The notes below the pieces were generated by a model. It worked only from the letters and a program-made list of their open reading frames with translations. It was not told the DNA's origin and did not search any database. Source: Amoeboaphelidium protococcarum X5 (taxonomy: Eukaryota > Fungi > Aphelidiomycota). Taken from it: a stretch of 64,000 nt of DNA. Every line of letters starts with the position of its first letter. Position 1 is the first letter of the stretch. The position numbers and the translations under genes were made by a program. Of this stretch, positions 27,995 through 41,975 are shown piece after piece. The stretch lies in the NCBI GenBank assembly GCA_023515725.1, contig JALDTO010000142.1:668361-732360 (forward strand), written 5' to 3'.

Positions 27995-29245
27995 TCAATT
28001 CTCCTTATTCTCGCCGGATACTGCTAGGATCTTGTCATGTTCAACACTTTCTGATTCACCGTTAGACTATTTCTCACCAACCTCATAAAACTCGTAGCCG
28101 ATACTCTGCGAACTATAAGATTACCGTGGCGTAGGCAATGCTAGGGACCAAGTCTTCAATAAACGCAGCAAATGCTCGGAGCGCGACTTATGAGCGGGAA
28201 ACACTCCTTGTTGTAAGCAACGTGCGAGATCACCGCAATTTACAAGGAGGAGAGCGTTGATGATACAGCTTTCATCGAACTCGTATCCCAGAAAGACGAG
28301 AAACACTCTTTCCAGACTGACATTAGCCTGTAGAGATAGAAGAAACTCCAGAACGTAGAGAGGATTGCCAGTCCCAAAGTTTTCAGGATGAGAAGCTGCC
28401 AGCAGTACACAATCTTCATCAGTTGGCTTGTAATATCCAATGTCTGAACTTATGCTGGCAAAGGGGCGGGTATAAGTAAGATGGCTAGTTTTAGCCAACA
28501 TCGAGCTGTTCATCGGCCCTACACCGTGATAATTTCCCATCCATTACACTTGGGCACTTTGAATCGGCAACATAGGTTCACCATTTTCCGTCCATGCTCT
28601 TGGCTATTCCGTGAGAACGGTAGCAAATCTCCCCACAAGTCCGAAATTTGGCGGCACTTCCTCACTGTTGACAGTGTCTGATCTTCCAAGCAGACAAACC
28701 AAGAATCTCTTGGAAGTAGAGCCACATTCTTCACGATCCAGAGGAACGTGCAAGGGACCAAGGTAGCCAGAAGACGATATTAGCTTTCCTGATAAGATTT
28801 AGCTTTGAAGACGCGCGTGACACCCGGAGCAGATTTCAGAATCAGACACCGCATAATCATCAACATCTCGGTGGCATGTGGAGCAGACGACAGCTTTAGC
28901 GTTTTCTAACAGATTTCTCACCTCAGTTCCATACTTTAATGCAACTGATGTAAGATCTTTGCCATCTTTCAAGCCTTCTCTCCACTGCACAGAACGATTA
29001 CAAGACCTCGCTTAGTGTTGACGCTTCTTTTTAATATCTTTGAGCACCAATTAACAGGATGAACACAAAAAGGCCTTGCCTTTGGCGAAACCATTACTTT
29101 TAGAGCAACAGTGGAAAGACTTCGTTCCAAGACACGGCAGCAAGAACTTCTTTGTGAGGTTGAGATTACACATGCCAGCAGACAATTATCTGAACTCCCA
29201 CCAACGTGGTTCATTAGCAACTTCAGCCTGATTAGCCAAATTCAT
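27995..29245 (-). CDS. Orphan protein (416 aa) with Cys pairs
   Basis: Track ORFs 28799-28990 and 28121-28540 join in one frame; CSSC, CSTC, CSGC. Confidence 0.65.
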
Positions 29246-29706
29246 AAACTTTGACGCGTAAAAAGTATGGTAAGTGTTCAATTAGTGTAGAGTGATCGAG
29301 TTGAAACAAAGGATGAAGATGTTGCTGCTTATATGAAGTTCGTTACCATCATGATACGCCTCGCTCCTAAAGTTCCGAAACGGGCAAGTGATTTGATGCA
29401 AAAAGTATATAAATTCACGCTCAATCATTCTTTTGACTGTGGAGTTTCACAAGACTATCACAGAGATTTAACCAAATCAAACTGATAGTAAACATCCACC
29501 GGGGCAGTCTCATCATTGTCAAAATCGTCTTGAACGATCTAAAATCTATTACGCTTAATACTGCGGTATCATATATTTCTCCTAGGAGAAGCGAAGCGAT
29601 ACAATGTAGAAAACTGATTCAATATAAAGTGGGGGCAAAATTGAACTAAAAGGTAAGAGTAAGAAACAAGCTAGTGTACTAGTCAGATATCATATATACT
29701 AAGTAT

Positions 29707-29943
29707 TCAGATAATCATCTCAGGCTCCGGTCGTGAAACAATGTATATCGCGTGAATAACTCCTACAACTTCTATGAGAAATACTTATCAAGATAATTTA
29801 AGTGCAATAATATTACCTGGAATGTATCCCAAGATTGTAAGCAGAACATTAACCAAAAGATCAATACTACATCCAGTCTTGATCAACACCCCAACTGGTG
29901 GAAGAATCACGGCACAACAAATCTCCCAAAATGATGCACCCAT
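29707..29943 (-). CDS. PMP3: Pmp3/UPF0057 plasma membrane proteolipid; intron 29763-29816
   Basis: AVILPPVGV...LLTILGYIPGVIHAIYIV. Confidence 0.9.
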
Positions 29944-30213
29944 CTTTCAATAGTTATCTTTCATGCAACTTTAAAAATGGAGAGAATTGAAGTAAAAACA
30001 GAGCATTGATCACGCATTAGATCATAGACAGGTCATTGTGACTAGTTATTAAAGAGCTGCACCAGTGGATGATGCTTAGCGGCGCGCGATCGTCGCAACC
30101 AATCTTTGTTGTTGTCGTCGTCGTTGAAACGGTGCCTGAGGACCGTCATTTCCATTTCTTCTTGTTTCAACGACAAACAACAACCACCTCAACTATATAA
30201 ACGTTACTTAGAT

Positions 30214-30778
30214 ATGGTAAGTTCATTATTAGATATTCATATTTACATTGAGAAATCTAATACATCATTTAACTGATAATTTGTAGGCTGAGAGAGCTAA
30301 TAAGAAAAAGAAGAGAGCAGTCCGTCAGAGCTCTAATGTATTTGCCTTCTTTGATCAGAAGCAGATTGCCGAATTTAAGGAGGCATTCACACTGATCGAT
30401 CATGACAGTGACGGTTTTATTGATAAGGAGGATTTGAAAGATATGCTGTCCTCTCTTGGTCAAAATCCTACTGATGAGTATGTGGAGAAGATGATGGATG
30501 AGTCTACTGGATCTATCAATTTTACCATGTTTTTGACAATGATGGGCGAGAAGCTGAGTGGTACAGATCCGGAAAATGAGATTTTGGAAGCATTTGCAGT
30601 ATTTGATGAAAACAATGTTGGTTTCATTGAGACTGAGTTAATGAAGGAGTATCTCACCACGATGGGTGATCGCTTTACTGACGATGAGGTTGAGATTCTC
30701 TTCCGACGTGGCAATTTGGACAAGAATGGCAGATTTGATTATCGTGAGTTTGTCAAGTTGTTGAAGCACGGCGAATGA
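30214..30778 (+). CDS. Myosin II regulatory light chain; intron 30217-30286
   Basis: [41 protein letters not shown]. Confidence 0.93.
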
Positions 30779-30907
30779 TAATGCTTGTCGTTATGATCTT
30801 GGTAAATGATAGGATTGGATTTACTGTTGAGGCTGAATGATAGACAATGAGTGAATGAGACTGTAATTCTTCTACTTCATTTAGTTTTTATTCGAGTCAT
30901 CTTTTCA

Positions 30908-32506
30908 TCACTTCATCAAACTAGACAATCCTCGTTTAGCAGCTAGAGTTGACTTGCCTTATGTAGCACTTTGAGTCATAGGAGTATCGCAAATACTAAA
31001 CGGCGCATCAGGATGATTTGAAACTGCAGCGACTGTTGTTAACAATGGTTAATTAGATTGCTGGTTATTTTCTTTACCATTATTCTGTGGGCCATTTCTT
31101 ATTAAAGACGGTGCCACCTTATCAAAGCCTTTACCTACCTGTCCTATCCTAAATGAAGTTGGCGCAAGCTTAGACTTTCCAATAAACTAAGCTTCAGGTA
31201 CAGAGGAAACTTTTTGCTTCTTAAACGCTTTTCTCACTGGTTGTGCCAGACATAGATTCCTCTCCTATACAACCATCAGAGATTTAGCGGGAGGCTTAGT
31301 TGGCATAGGTTCAACTTGATCTTTATCATCATCTACTTTCTCTTCAGCAAGTTATTCTGGCTTGACTTTATCATGTAACGAATTGTCTTCTTAAACCGCA
31401 ACCACTTCATCAACCTCTGGAGATATATCATATGGTAATGATGATACCGGAGTAGTATCAGCGTTTAAAACAGCTTCTTCGACTTGATTACTTTGCGCGA
31501 TTTCAGAAATTTTGGGCAGTATGAATGGCTTATATTTAACAAGCTCCTGGTCCAATTTTGCATACAATATGGACAAACTTATAGCATTTTCAGAAACAGA
31601 ATGCAGCTAGAATAAAGATGCATAGTCACTTAATCCCTGGTTATTACCATCTGTATTTAGAAGAACAGCTTTTATCTGGCCCTTGTCATTATCATCAGAC
31701 AGATTCTAAAGAGTCTCTCTAAGCTCTTCAAAGCTTCCAATTACCAACACAGAGCCTCCACATTGACGGATAAGTTTAGTGACCAGCCCATCTTCCTCGG
31801 AACCTTTCAAGATAAAAACAAAGTCATTTAATATAGTTCGCCTTCGATTATCAGGATACCATGATACGTTGGGCAGATTACCACCATCCTAAGCAAGCGG
31901 AGGCAAATAATCTCTCTCATCAGGTGCAGAGAACGTGTCCAACAGAGCAGTGTCATTCTTCGACCCGATAGCCTCGGCAGCCACAGTGATATCGCGCATA
32001 AACCTTTCACTGACAATATATTTAGCACTTGCCAGAGCCATAACTGCTTTCCATGTCGGATGTCTTTATGATAGAAGCAGATGAGTGCAATCACCAGTCC
32101 ATTAATCTGAAATTGAATAATCACAGAATTTGGCGTTATCGCGGTAAAGCTGAAACGCGTCGGCAGAAATGTTAGAACAGCAGAATTTGTAGTCCACCCT
32201 TTTAACGGTAGCACTAGACGTTCCATGACCAAACTTTACGATATCACCATCTTTCAGCTAGATTGTTTCATTTTTGTTTACTTGAGTGCCATTAACGAAT
32301 GTACTTTATTTAGAACTGAAATCTTGGATTAATAGTTCAGAGTGATCATCTTTATTGGAGACCCTGACATAAAAACAAGCATGTTTTCTTGATACAGTCA
32401 CATCGTCTGATATCACAATATTGCAATTCACTCTACCCAAAGTGTACTACTGCCTGACTGGACAAAGCCAATAAGAACGATTACTATTAAGTTGCAGAAT
32501 CCACAT
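30908..32506 (-). CDS. NBS1: Nibrin/Nbs1 (FHA-BRCT)
   Basis: MWIL...YTLGRVNCNIVISDDVTVSRKHA FHA, BRCT segment, RKAFKKQK Mre11-binding-like motif. Confidence 0.85.
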
Positions 32507-32927
32507 TGCAGCTCAACCAAGAGATCTGCTGAAATTCAGTGCTAAATGTAGCAAAGAAAGTAAAAACTTCATTGCACCAGTTTGTTTCAACATTCAGAGC
32601 ACGCGCGATTGTCTTCGCAGCTGTTGTTTCACCATGCCTGAGTACTGCAACTGAATTTAAAATTGAAACATTCCACGAAGGAAGAATAATAATGATCTCG
32701 ATCATGATTTAGACGTCCTTGACAACCACCGCTTATATTGTTCTCTTCTTAGTTACCGTCATCAACAAACTAACCATCTAACAACTACTATCCATGATTA
32801 CAAAAAGCTATTTCCGTTACGTTTGAGTGTTGGACATTATTACTTCTGTACTTTCCTTGTCTATATAATCTGCTGTGTCATTTAAATACCTGTGAGTAGC
32901 ATTGAAACAAGTTAGATAAAGCATAAA

Positions 32928-35900
32928 ATGTTTGAGGATAGACTGAACGAATTGAAGTCGTTCATCCTTAACAATCATCCGAAACACCCAGACTCGGCTC
33001 TCTCTGTGGATGCTCTACTAGATGCCGTCGTTGCCATATATGAGGATTGTAAATCGTTTACTGGAGCAGAAAAGAATAGCAGTGTACCAAGATTTATATA
33101 GAGATATGGCTCGCTGGTGAGTGAAGTGAAGAGACTACGCATGAATCAGGATGATTTCACTTATATCCGTAGACTTGCCAAGGGCCATTTTGGAGAAGTT
33201 TCTCTGGTCAGAAGTAAATTTGATGGTAAAGTGTACGCCATGAAGACATTGCATAAAGCTGACATGTTGAAATAGAAAGAAATTGCATTCTACATGGAGG
33301 AGAAGTAGATTCTGTCTACGGTAGAGTCAGAGTGGACCACTTCATTGATCGCCTCTTTCCAGGATGAGAACAATTTGTACTTGGTTATGGATTACGTGCC
33401 CGGTGGTGATGTTGCATCTTTGCTTATGCGTGCAGATGAGGGACAGCTGAAGATTGATGAGGATTTTGTACGATTTTATATTGCAGAGATTGTTCTGGCT
33501 CTTGATGAACTTCACAAACACAACTACGTTCATCGTGATCTTAAGCCCGGAAATGTTCTGCTTGATGCGAGTGGTCATGTCAAATTGGCAGATTTTGGGT
33601 CGTGTATTATGCTTGATGCGAACAATTAGATCACCTCCACCGTAAGTGTCGGAACGCCTGATTATATTTCACCCGAAGTGTTGCAGGCTGTTGAAGGCAA
33701 AGGCGCGTATGGTAAAGAGTGTGATTTCTGGTCTCTGGGCATCACCTTCTATGAACTGTTAATCGGAGATCCTCCTTTCTATGCTGAGAGTTTGATGGAG
33801 ACTTATAATCAGATCATGAACCATGAAGAGTATTTCAGCATTCCGAATGACATGAAGGTATCAGATGACGCATTGGACCTGATGAAGAAGCTGATATGTA
33901 AGAAGGAGAAGCGCTTGAAATCGGCTGATGAAATTAAGAAGCATCCGTTTTTTAAATCCGTGGATTGGGATAATTTGCATTAGAAGTCAGCTCCTTTTAT
34001 ACCAAAGCTCGCGGCTGATGATGATGCTAGTAATTTTATAGAGTTTAATGGTGAAGATGAGGAGGGTAATGCGATTTCTAATCCCGGCACTAAGAGTTTC
34101 GGCACCAACAAGAATTTTATCGGTAATTAGCTCAGCTTTGTCGGATTCAGTCATAGTAAGAATGCTAATATTGCCAAGGCTTTGGCTGGTGGCGTTGTGG
34201 CACCTGCTGCAACTCAAAGTGTGTCCAGTGGTGTGAGAGATAATGTGGCCGAGCAGGCTCTCAGTGCTAAACTCGCTCAAGCTGATGCTGAATGTGAAAA
34301 GTTGAGAGCCAAGTTGTCTGACGAGACTAAAAATGTTGGTAGTTTAAAGAGTGCCTAGCAGGCAATGGAGGCTGATTTGAGACAAATGAAGATTACGATT
34401 AGTGAGTATTAGTCCAAGATTGAGGCTAAAGATAGTCAGATTTCTCAAATTGATCGCGATAGTAAACTGGTTACCGTTGAGTTGGAGAATATCAAAAAGC
34501 GTTATCGTGAATTGACTGATGAAAAGGCCCAGATCGAAATAAGTCTGAGTCTGCTGAAAGAGTCGTTTGATAAGGAGGTTGTTGCCAGTAGCCAGGCTCG
34601 TGAGAGTGTGAATAGTTACAATGAACTAAAGACTGGCATGGAGTCGCGTCTGTAGGAGGCTATGAAAACTCTGGACGAGTAATCCCTTGAGATTGTCAGA
34701 CTGGAAAAGGAGCGTGGCAAGATGGATATTGAAAAGGTAAAGTTGTAGGTTGAACTGACATAAAGTAAAAATGCTCTAGAAGAAGAGAAGTCCTCTAGAG
34801 ATGCTTTGAAGAAGCAACTGTCAGAAGTTGAAGACAAATTGGTGACTGAAAGTTCTGAGCTTGGATTTGCAAAGGAAGCATTGAGATAGGCTGAATCTGC
34901 TCTCGCATTGGTCAAGTAAGAACTGACAGACTCTAAGGCCAGACTTTCTAAGGAAATCGATGATAACTCTGTACTGCGTAAGAAGTTGGACGAGATTGAA
35001 AAGAGTAAGAACAGCAGTGAGCGAGAAGTGGCAGCCATGAGAATCAAGATTGAAGAGCTGTCTCTGCTTTAGTAAGAGAAGAATGCTCCAGTGTAGTCGC
35101 AGTTGAAGCAAGAATCATCTTTATCAGCGTAAAATTCCTTGAAGTCGCCCACAAAGAATGCATTTGCCTTCTTCGGAGCAAGAGAGCGATCTGTCGATCT
35201 ATCAAAGCAACTGGAGAGTGAGGTTGAGTCTAAGAAGAAGGCGTTGATGGAGCTGGAGAAAATCAATGAAGAGAAGAAGCGCATTGAGTAGAAGTACAAC
35301 GAAAGCAAAGATAGTCTCACTGCTGCAGAAGCTGAACTTAATTAGCTGAAATTGATTTTGAAGAAGATCGAGGCTCACACTATGCAGACGAGATAGCGAA
35401 GATCCACCACATCTACTCGTAATCCGCTTCTTCCTGAGGAGACTGTGACCGATGGTCAACCTGCAGCCCAAGTTGTTTCCAACTCTAACACTATCGCATT
35501 GGACGATGAGCAAAAGTAGAAATTGGAGAAAAAGATTGCTGAGCTGTAAAAGAGCATTGCTGTCAGTATGGTCGAGATTGAAGAAATGAAAGGAAAGCTT
35601 AAGGAGGAGCAGACGCAGAGACTGATCGCCGAGAATCGCCTCAAGTTTGTCGATATCTAGATTAAGGAGGATTAGATGATTCGCAATGGAATGGAGAAGC
35701 GCATAGCTGAGTTGACTGTCTCCAAGGAAGTGGCCAGTAAAGAGATAATGCTGGTGTAGGCTAATATCAAGCGACTGACATCTTAAAAGTCTGCCCAGGA
35801 TTCTGAGATTGATCAATTGAAGTAGAACTTGGTTATTGCTCAGAGTGAACGTGATGAAGTTGGGAGAAAGCTGGAATTCTATATGAAGCAAAAGTCAGAG

Positions 35901-37754
35901 TTGGAAGAGGAGAATTCTAGAATGAAGAAGAGAATCGATGAACTCAACATGAATAACATTGATCCTGCAGAGTTCACCGCGTTGGCTGAGGAGTGCAATA
36001 AAATCCACCGTGAATTGAATGAAATGACTCTGAAATATGATAATCTCGTAGCTAGACACAAGGTGGTAGTAGCTGAAAATGAGGGCTTGAAGAAGCACAC
36101 CGACGATGATGTGATCACTGGAATGGAGAAGAGCACCGGTGCCTCTTCGGATGATGTGGAATCCAATGCGGAGACTACAAAGAAGGCCCGTATCAACATG
36201 ACCAAGATTAAGGGATTGTAGTAGAAGTTGAATAATGAAGTGGCTAAGCGCGTATCCCTTGAGGCTGAGTTGGAAGCTGTTAAGTAGTCTAAGAACATGT
36301 TGGAGACTGAGCTGGATGAGACGAAAAAGTAGTTGCAATTGCAGGCTGCGAATCAGAAATCCATTGACATATCCGACCTGCGCAGTCTGAATTCATCCGC
36401 CCTGAGAAAGCTGATCCGTCCTATCTTATTCCCTGAAAATGGATCGCATCCTTTAATACAAGGCTGGATAAAGATGCGGGTGCCTAGAAATAGTAAGAAG
36501 ACTAAATTTGACTGGGTCAAGAAGTATGCTGTACTAAAGAATAGTAAATTGTATTTGTTTGAACGAGAAAAGGACAAGGATTCTAGCAACCAGGAAGCTA
36601 TAATCGATCTGAAGAATGATCTTTTCCAAGTGCGATCTATCAGAAATAAGGAGTTAATTCATCTGAGCACAAAAGAGCTATCCGCTGTGTTCACTGTACA
36701 GGTGCTGACTTCAGTTGGGCACTCGATTGCATCTCTTGATCGACTGAACTAGATTGATGGTGGTAACACTGTCGATGTTGATTTAATCTAGAAGAAGATT
36801 TTGGCTGTCGGTACTGCGATTGCTAAAGAGGACAAGTTTAGGGAGGCAACTGAGAAGATGATGAAAGCAGCAACTGGTGATATTAAAAAGAGAACTCAGG
36901 TAGAACTTGATGACTGTATCAGGCGTCTGAAGGTGTTGCATGAAGAGTAGGCTGAGTTGGAGCGATAGTTGGAAGTATCATCTATTCGCAATGATAAAAT
37001 GTCCATCGCTTCCTCTGAAAATACGAATGATGTTGTTATGCATCCTCTGAAGCCTAAAGGATTTATTGGCGACGTTGCTCCAATATCCGAGAATCCAGAG
37101 CTGTAATCACAAGAAATCATAAATGAAATTGAAAGGAAAAAGGCTTACAAGAGGGGAGTTGAGAATATGTTGTCCATTGTGACCAACTCTGAGACTAAAC
37201 AGTCCTTGACCACGTAGTTGCAAAATGTTGATAAAGACATTGGTGTGTTGAAGATGAGTCTGGACAATATTGCCATCACATAGTCTACCATGGCACTCCC
37301 CTCAGCGAACCAGTTGTCATCTTCTTAAAGTTAGCAAGCATAGTCCGGATTGAATAGCAGCAAGAATCAAGTGATGGAGCACAATGGCCACTACTTCAGG
37401 GTGAAGTCTTATACCCCGTCCAGTTCATCCAAGTGTTTCCATTGTCACTCTGAATTCTTTGGCACCAACTAGACATTGGAGTGTGGACAGTGCCGAATCC
37501 AGTGCCACAAATTTTGTTACTCCCTTATTGATGTTAGCTGTGAGCAGCATCAGGCAGCCAAGAAGGCAATGAAATGGTACTTTATGGCGGCAGATGAAGT
37601 TGACAAGATGAGATGGATGACAGGGTTGGATTGTGTGAAGGCTGCATTCAAAGAGGACTCCACATCTTCCCAGGTGTCCGGCATGATGTCTGACGGTGCG
37701 GCCAATAATGCAGGTGGAGTGGACATTGATGAACTACTAGCTGCTGATGATTGA
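32928..37754 (+). CDS. ROCK/MRCK (DMPK-family) kinase: kinase, long coiled coil, split PH with HR1-like repeats and C1
   Basis: LSVDALLDA N-cap, YVHRDLKP, DFGSCIM, VGTPDYISPEVL, YGKECDFWSLG, NQLSFVGFS; 1608 aa. Confidence 0.9.
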
Positions 37755-37896
37755 CTGATTGATTGATGACGATATAGAATAAAGAATTTATACTTTGAAA
37801 GATACAGAAACTTGTAGTGCCTACTTTAATAAAAAACAACATATTAATCGCAATCATATGAGCGTCAACTCTTATAAGGAATGGTATTTTCTATAC

Positions 37897-38760
37897 TCAG
37901 TCTTCACCGCCCCAACCGCCCCATAGTGGATACCATCCAAATAGACCACCATGTCCACTTTTACGGGAGAAGTAATCAAAATCTATAGAGATGGCACAAG
38001 CTAGAAGGACGGCTCTCTGCTGAAGAGACAGCGCAGATGTTGAAAAATCTCTGCGAACGCTCTCATCCTGACCAGAGGCGGTATCCATACGCAGAATATA
38101 AGTGGACGTGTCAGTGAATATCTCTCGCGCAAATCCAGTAAAGTTCTTATCGATGGTGGAGATGATCTGTGAATCTTCGTTTAAAACATGAAATTACCAG
38201 GATAGAAATGGAGCATCAATCACACCAAACTGCTTCTTGCCAACGAACAGATCATAACGTCTTCTCCATAGATGCCAACGCTGCTACACCTCGCCAATAA
38301 CTTCTCCAAACTCATCATGGACATAAATTCTACTATTGATGAACTGAAATGGCCTCCTCACTGTCAGCAGTGATTGACCGCTAGCAGATAACACATTTGC
38401 AGTAAATGGCCGATGTGTCCTTAGCACTTATCTGCTTAAAACACTCAATATAGACGGCGCATCTTCAACGATAAAGCCAACGTTCTGTGCAGTTGACGCG
38501 TCATAAATAGCATATTTGTTCGCCTATTCATAGCCTAGCATAACATTTATCATCTCCAGTTGCCGACCTATGGCCAGCGCAGGTCGCTATAATATTTCGG
38601 CAGATGGTGATTGAGATGTCAAACCTTGATTCTTTCCAATAGGTACAGCATCATACACCTGCTACTTGGATCCTGTATCACCACCATTCTGCGTCGATCG
38701 TCTAGAATAAAATGCAGTCCTCCTACAAGCTAATACTCTTATTCTTTGATATCGCTACAT
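37897..38760 (-). CDS. Phospholipid scramblase family protein (Aim25-like)
   Basis: RQLEMINVMLGYEQANKY, WHLWRRRYDLF, AREIFTDT, QQRAVLLACAISIDFDYFS. Confidence 0.9.
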
Positions 38761-38921
38761 TTTCTCACTTGATCTTATTACGAAAACAAAAAATAGAATA
38801 CGATCTAGAAAATCTAAACTGAGCTATAGCGATTTAACAAGGCATGAAAACATTTACGTATTATGTTCTGAGAATCAACTAGAATGTAATTGTATCGGAA
38901 AAATGTCAATATCATTATGTT

Positions 38922-41727
38922 TCATTTACGCCAGTATTGAGAAAACTTGTGGACAGTCTCAATGAGTTGAGGAAAGAGGGCAGTCACACTTTCATTGATG
39001 AGAGAGTTCAAGTGCTGTATGGCTTCTTCTTCATTCAAATCAAGGCGGAACTTGTCCAGAGCTTTGCCGACAACTTTGTCAGGATCACTTCTGATATCGG
39101 GAACATTCGCATCCACCATCAATTGGAACATGTTCAATATCATGCCAGCATTCCGACGCCACGTCATGAAGATGGTGAAGCAGAGATTCTTGAATTTACG
39201 AAAGTGCACCGAATTCATTCCACCCATACAATCTACCATTTCTCTCGATATCTTCATCGGAGGTGGAAATGGCTTCGGATCTCGACCAAGGAAGTAACCA
39301 AAATCAATATGGAATAAATTACCTTCTGGAGTCACCAGTAGATTGTCCAAATGCCTATCACCAATTCCCAGAATGTAAGTGATGACACAGTACCCGGCAC
39401 AACTTTTCACATAGTTATCAAACACCACCGGATCGATGCCATAGGTGTCAAGAGAGCTGAAGCTAGTCATTTTGCTTTATCCGCCGCTCTACTAATCCAG
39501 ATCATCTGTCTATTGCAAAGAGGCAGCAGGCGCTACAGAGCGAAAGTACGTCTATAAACTGTTTCCATAATCACTGAGGACATTGGCCAGTGCCATAGAT
39601 GGAATGAACTGAATGAGGCCATGATCAACTCCAGTGGCGAGCACTTTATAAGGCGTCAACTTCAAATCCATATTCTCCTTCTTTAGCATCTGATCCATGA
39701 TTTCTATCATTTACATCACCAGTTAATCTTGACGTAGATCATCTCCAACTTTGAAAATAAGAGAATATTTACCAGATGCAGTATTAGCAGTCTTAAACAC
39801 TAACTTAATCGGCATAAGATTACTCTTGAATATGGTAGACTCTTCAGGAATGACTCCAGTAATTGATACGGATGCATCTAATGGAAGGATGATCGCCTTC
39901 TAAAATTACAACCATCCCTAATCTGGATCTGCCAGATGCTACTTTAGCCATTATATCTTTTTAGGTCTTGGCTCCTTCATTGATCTCAACTCTTTCGTGA
40001 GCGCGACTAATCGTTGAATAAAGTCACTCTATTATCGTAAAGAGCTGCGAATCTCATTTCCACTCTACTGCTCCATCAGTTTAGACATGAATTAGTACGA
40101 TACTTTGGAATACATCTTGGCATATTGAGGATCCTCGCTCTCCAGAGACAGGTACCAATACAGATTATTGCCAACTATCATGTCCTTTACACCGGATCTA
40201 ATCAAGAATTCGACCAAGTCGCTCTCATATATCGCACTACTACCGGAACCCGAAGAAGACGTAGCACTGCCTAAAGATCCCATCACGTCAGCAGAGAGAT
40301 TCTCAAATTTGATTGCTTGTACCAACTGGGAGAGAATAGAATTGAGTTGAGATGAATCCACCTTCTCTAATTATTTGACAGCGTATCTGCGAATCTGAGC
40401 AAAAGATGTTCTATGGTCACCCTGAACTTTATACGATGGACCTAAAAGTTCAAGAATATCGCTAATATCTACATTCTACCACAAGGGCATCAGCTGCTCA
40501 AGTGCCTACTTGGATTCCACCGGATGACTCCAATCTACCGCCTTGATGAACTTACTAATGGCACTAGGATATTTGGTGAGATAGAATCTGAATTTCCATA
40601 CCAAATCAGCTTCTGTCGGCGTCAAGTCCCTGGTGGGTGGATACTGACAAATGGCCATCAGCTCATCCCTATTCTTGGCATTAGGCTTCAAATCCTTATC
40701 CACCTGACCGGATCGATGACTACGCACCAGACGTCTATGCTAAGCCTCCACTATATTCTCACGTAATGCCTCTGGATCATAAATGTATCTTCTATTCGAT
40801 AAACTATTAACGGAACCACTGATATTTCTAGGCGGCTATGGCTATATGAGTGGATACTAGTTCTCGTTATACACAACTGGAAAGTCAAAAGACATTAGCT
40901 CTATATTGACATAGAGCATCTTCTGCCGCATCAATATAGACTTGGAATCTTGCTACACTTCAGACATGGTCAACTTGTCCAGCCAAGCGATGTGCATCAA
41001 ATCTCCGTGTTGGTATTTTTTCAAAGCCTTGTCGTATGTATTCAATTTTTCATCAACGCCCAACTTACCATCGATAAGGGACAGTTGCCCAATATCGACA
41101 CCGCACTCATTATCATTATTATCATAAAGTCGCAGACGTTGATGACCTCTACGCATCTTTCGATTAGACTTGAATAGATTGAGACTACATGCCAGCAAGA
41201 GTGGAGCTTAAGTCCAGTCACAATGAGGAAATTGAATTTAACATACCAGCACAGAGTCTTGATTCAAATCGCAAACCATGACGGGGAACTCTATGATTTA
41301 ATCAATTTGAATCTGTATAAACTGATGAGAATAAGTCGGCAGTAATGCAGTATTATCATTTCGATTGACTCTTCTACCGGATAATAATCCCTAGTTCTCA
41401 ATCTATGATTTAGACAGTGACACCTCTTGGCTCTAAAATATCTAATGTCCCAGACAACTCAACTCCACAGGCAGACATACCAAATTGTTCCCACTATAGA
41501 GACTGACTGTAACTTGAACTGTTTCTTCAGCTTCCACACTGTAATCCTTTAAAAGATTTCCTTCAATCGATGAACTACAGCAATTGTGATAGTGATCAGA
41601 CATATAAGTTAGTTGTTGATCAAAACTTAAAAGATCACAATACAACTTACATACGAAGCTTTAATGGCTCATGTACTTCATTAGACAAAAGAAATGTAAA
41701 ATCTTTGAGATCTGCCGCCGCATTCAT
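38922..41727 (-). CDS. VPS34: Class III PI3-kinase Vps34; intron 41575-41650
   Basis: [37 protein letters not shown]-terminal QYWRK. Confidence 0.97.
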
Positions 41728-41975
41728 ATTAAAAACATACAATTATAATGTATAGATTTTATTTATAGAATTTGACTTGAATACTGATGAGACTAAATGG
41801 CTATTTTGCTTTGTTATTGTAGAAAGAGAAAGGAGAACAATCGCGAGTATGATCAGAGATCAAGAAGAGTCGCGTAATAGACACCTATCACCATCGTATA
41901 GTCAAATAAACATCATACATAAGATTTAATCAAGTAGGTAAATCAAGAATGTAACCTTTTAATTATAATTTCAAT

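Noticed and set aside
34616-36589. Several long minus-strand ORFs
   Set aside because: Antisense shadows of the kinase coiled-coil region
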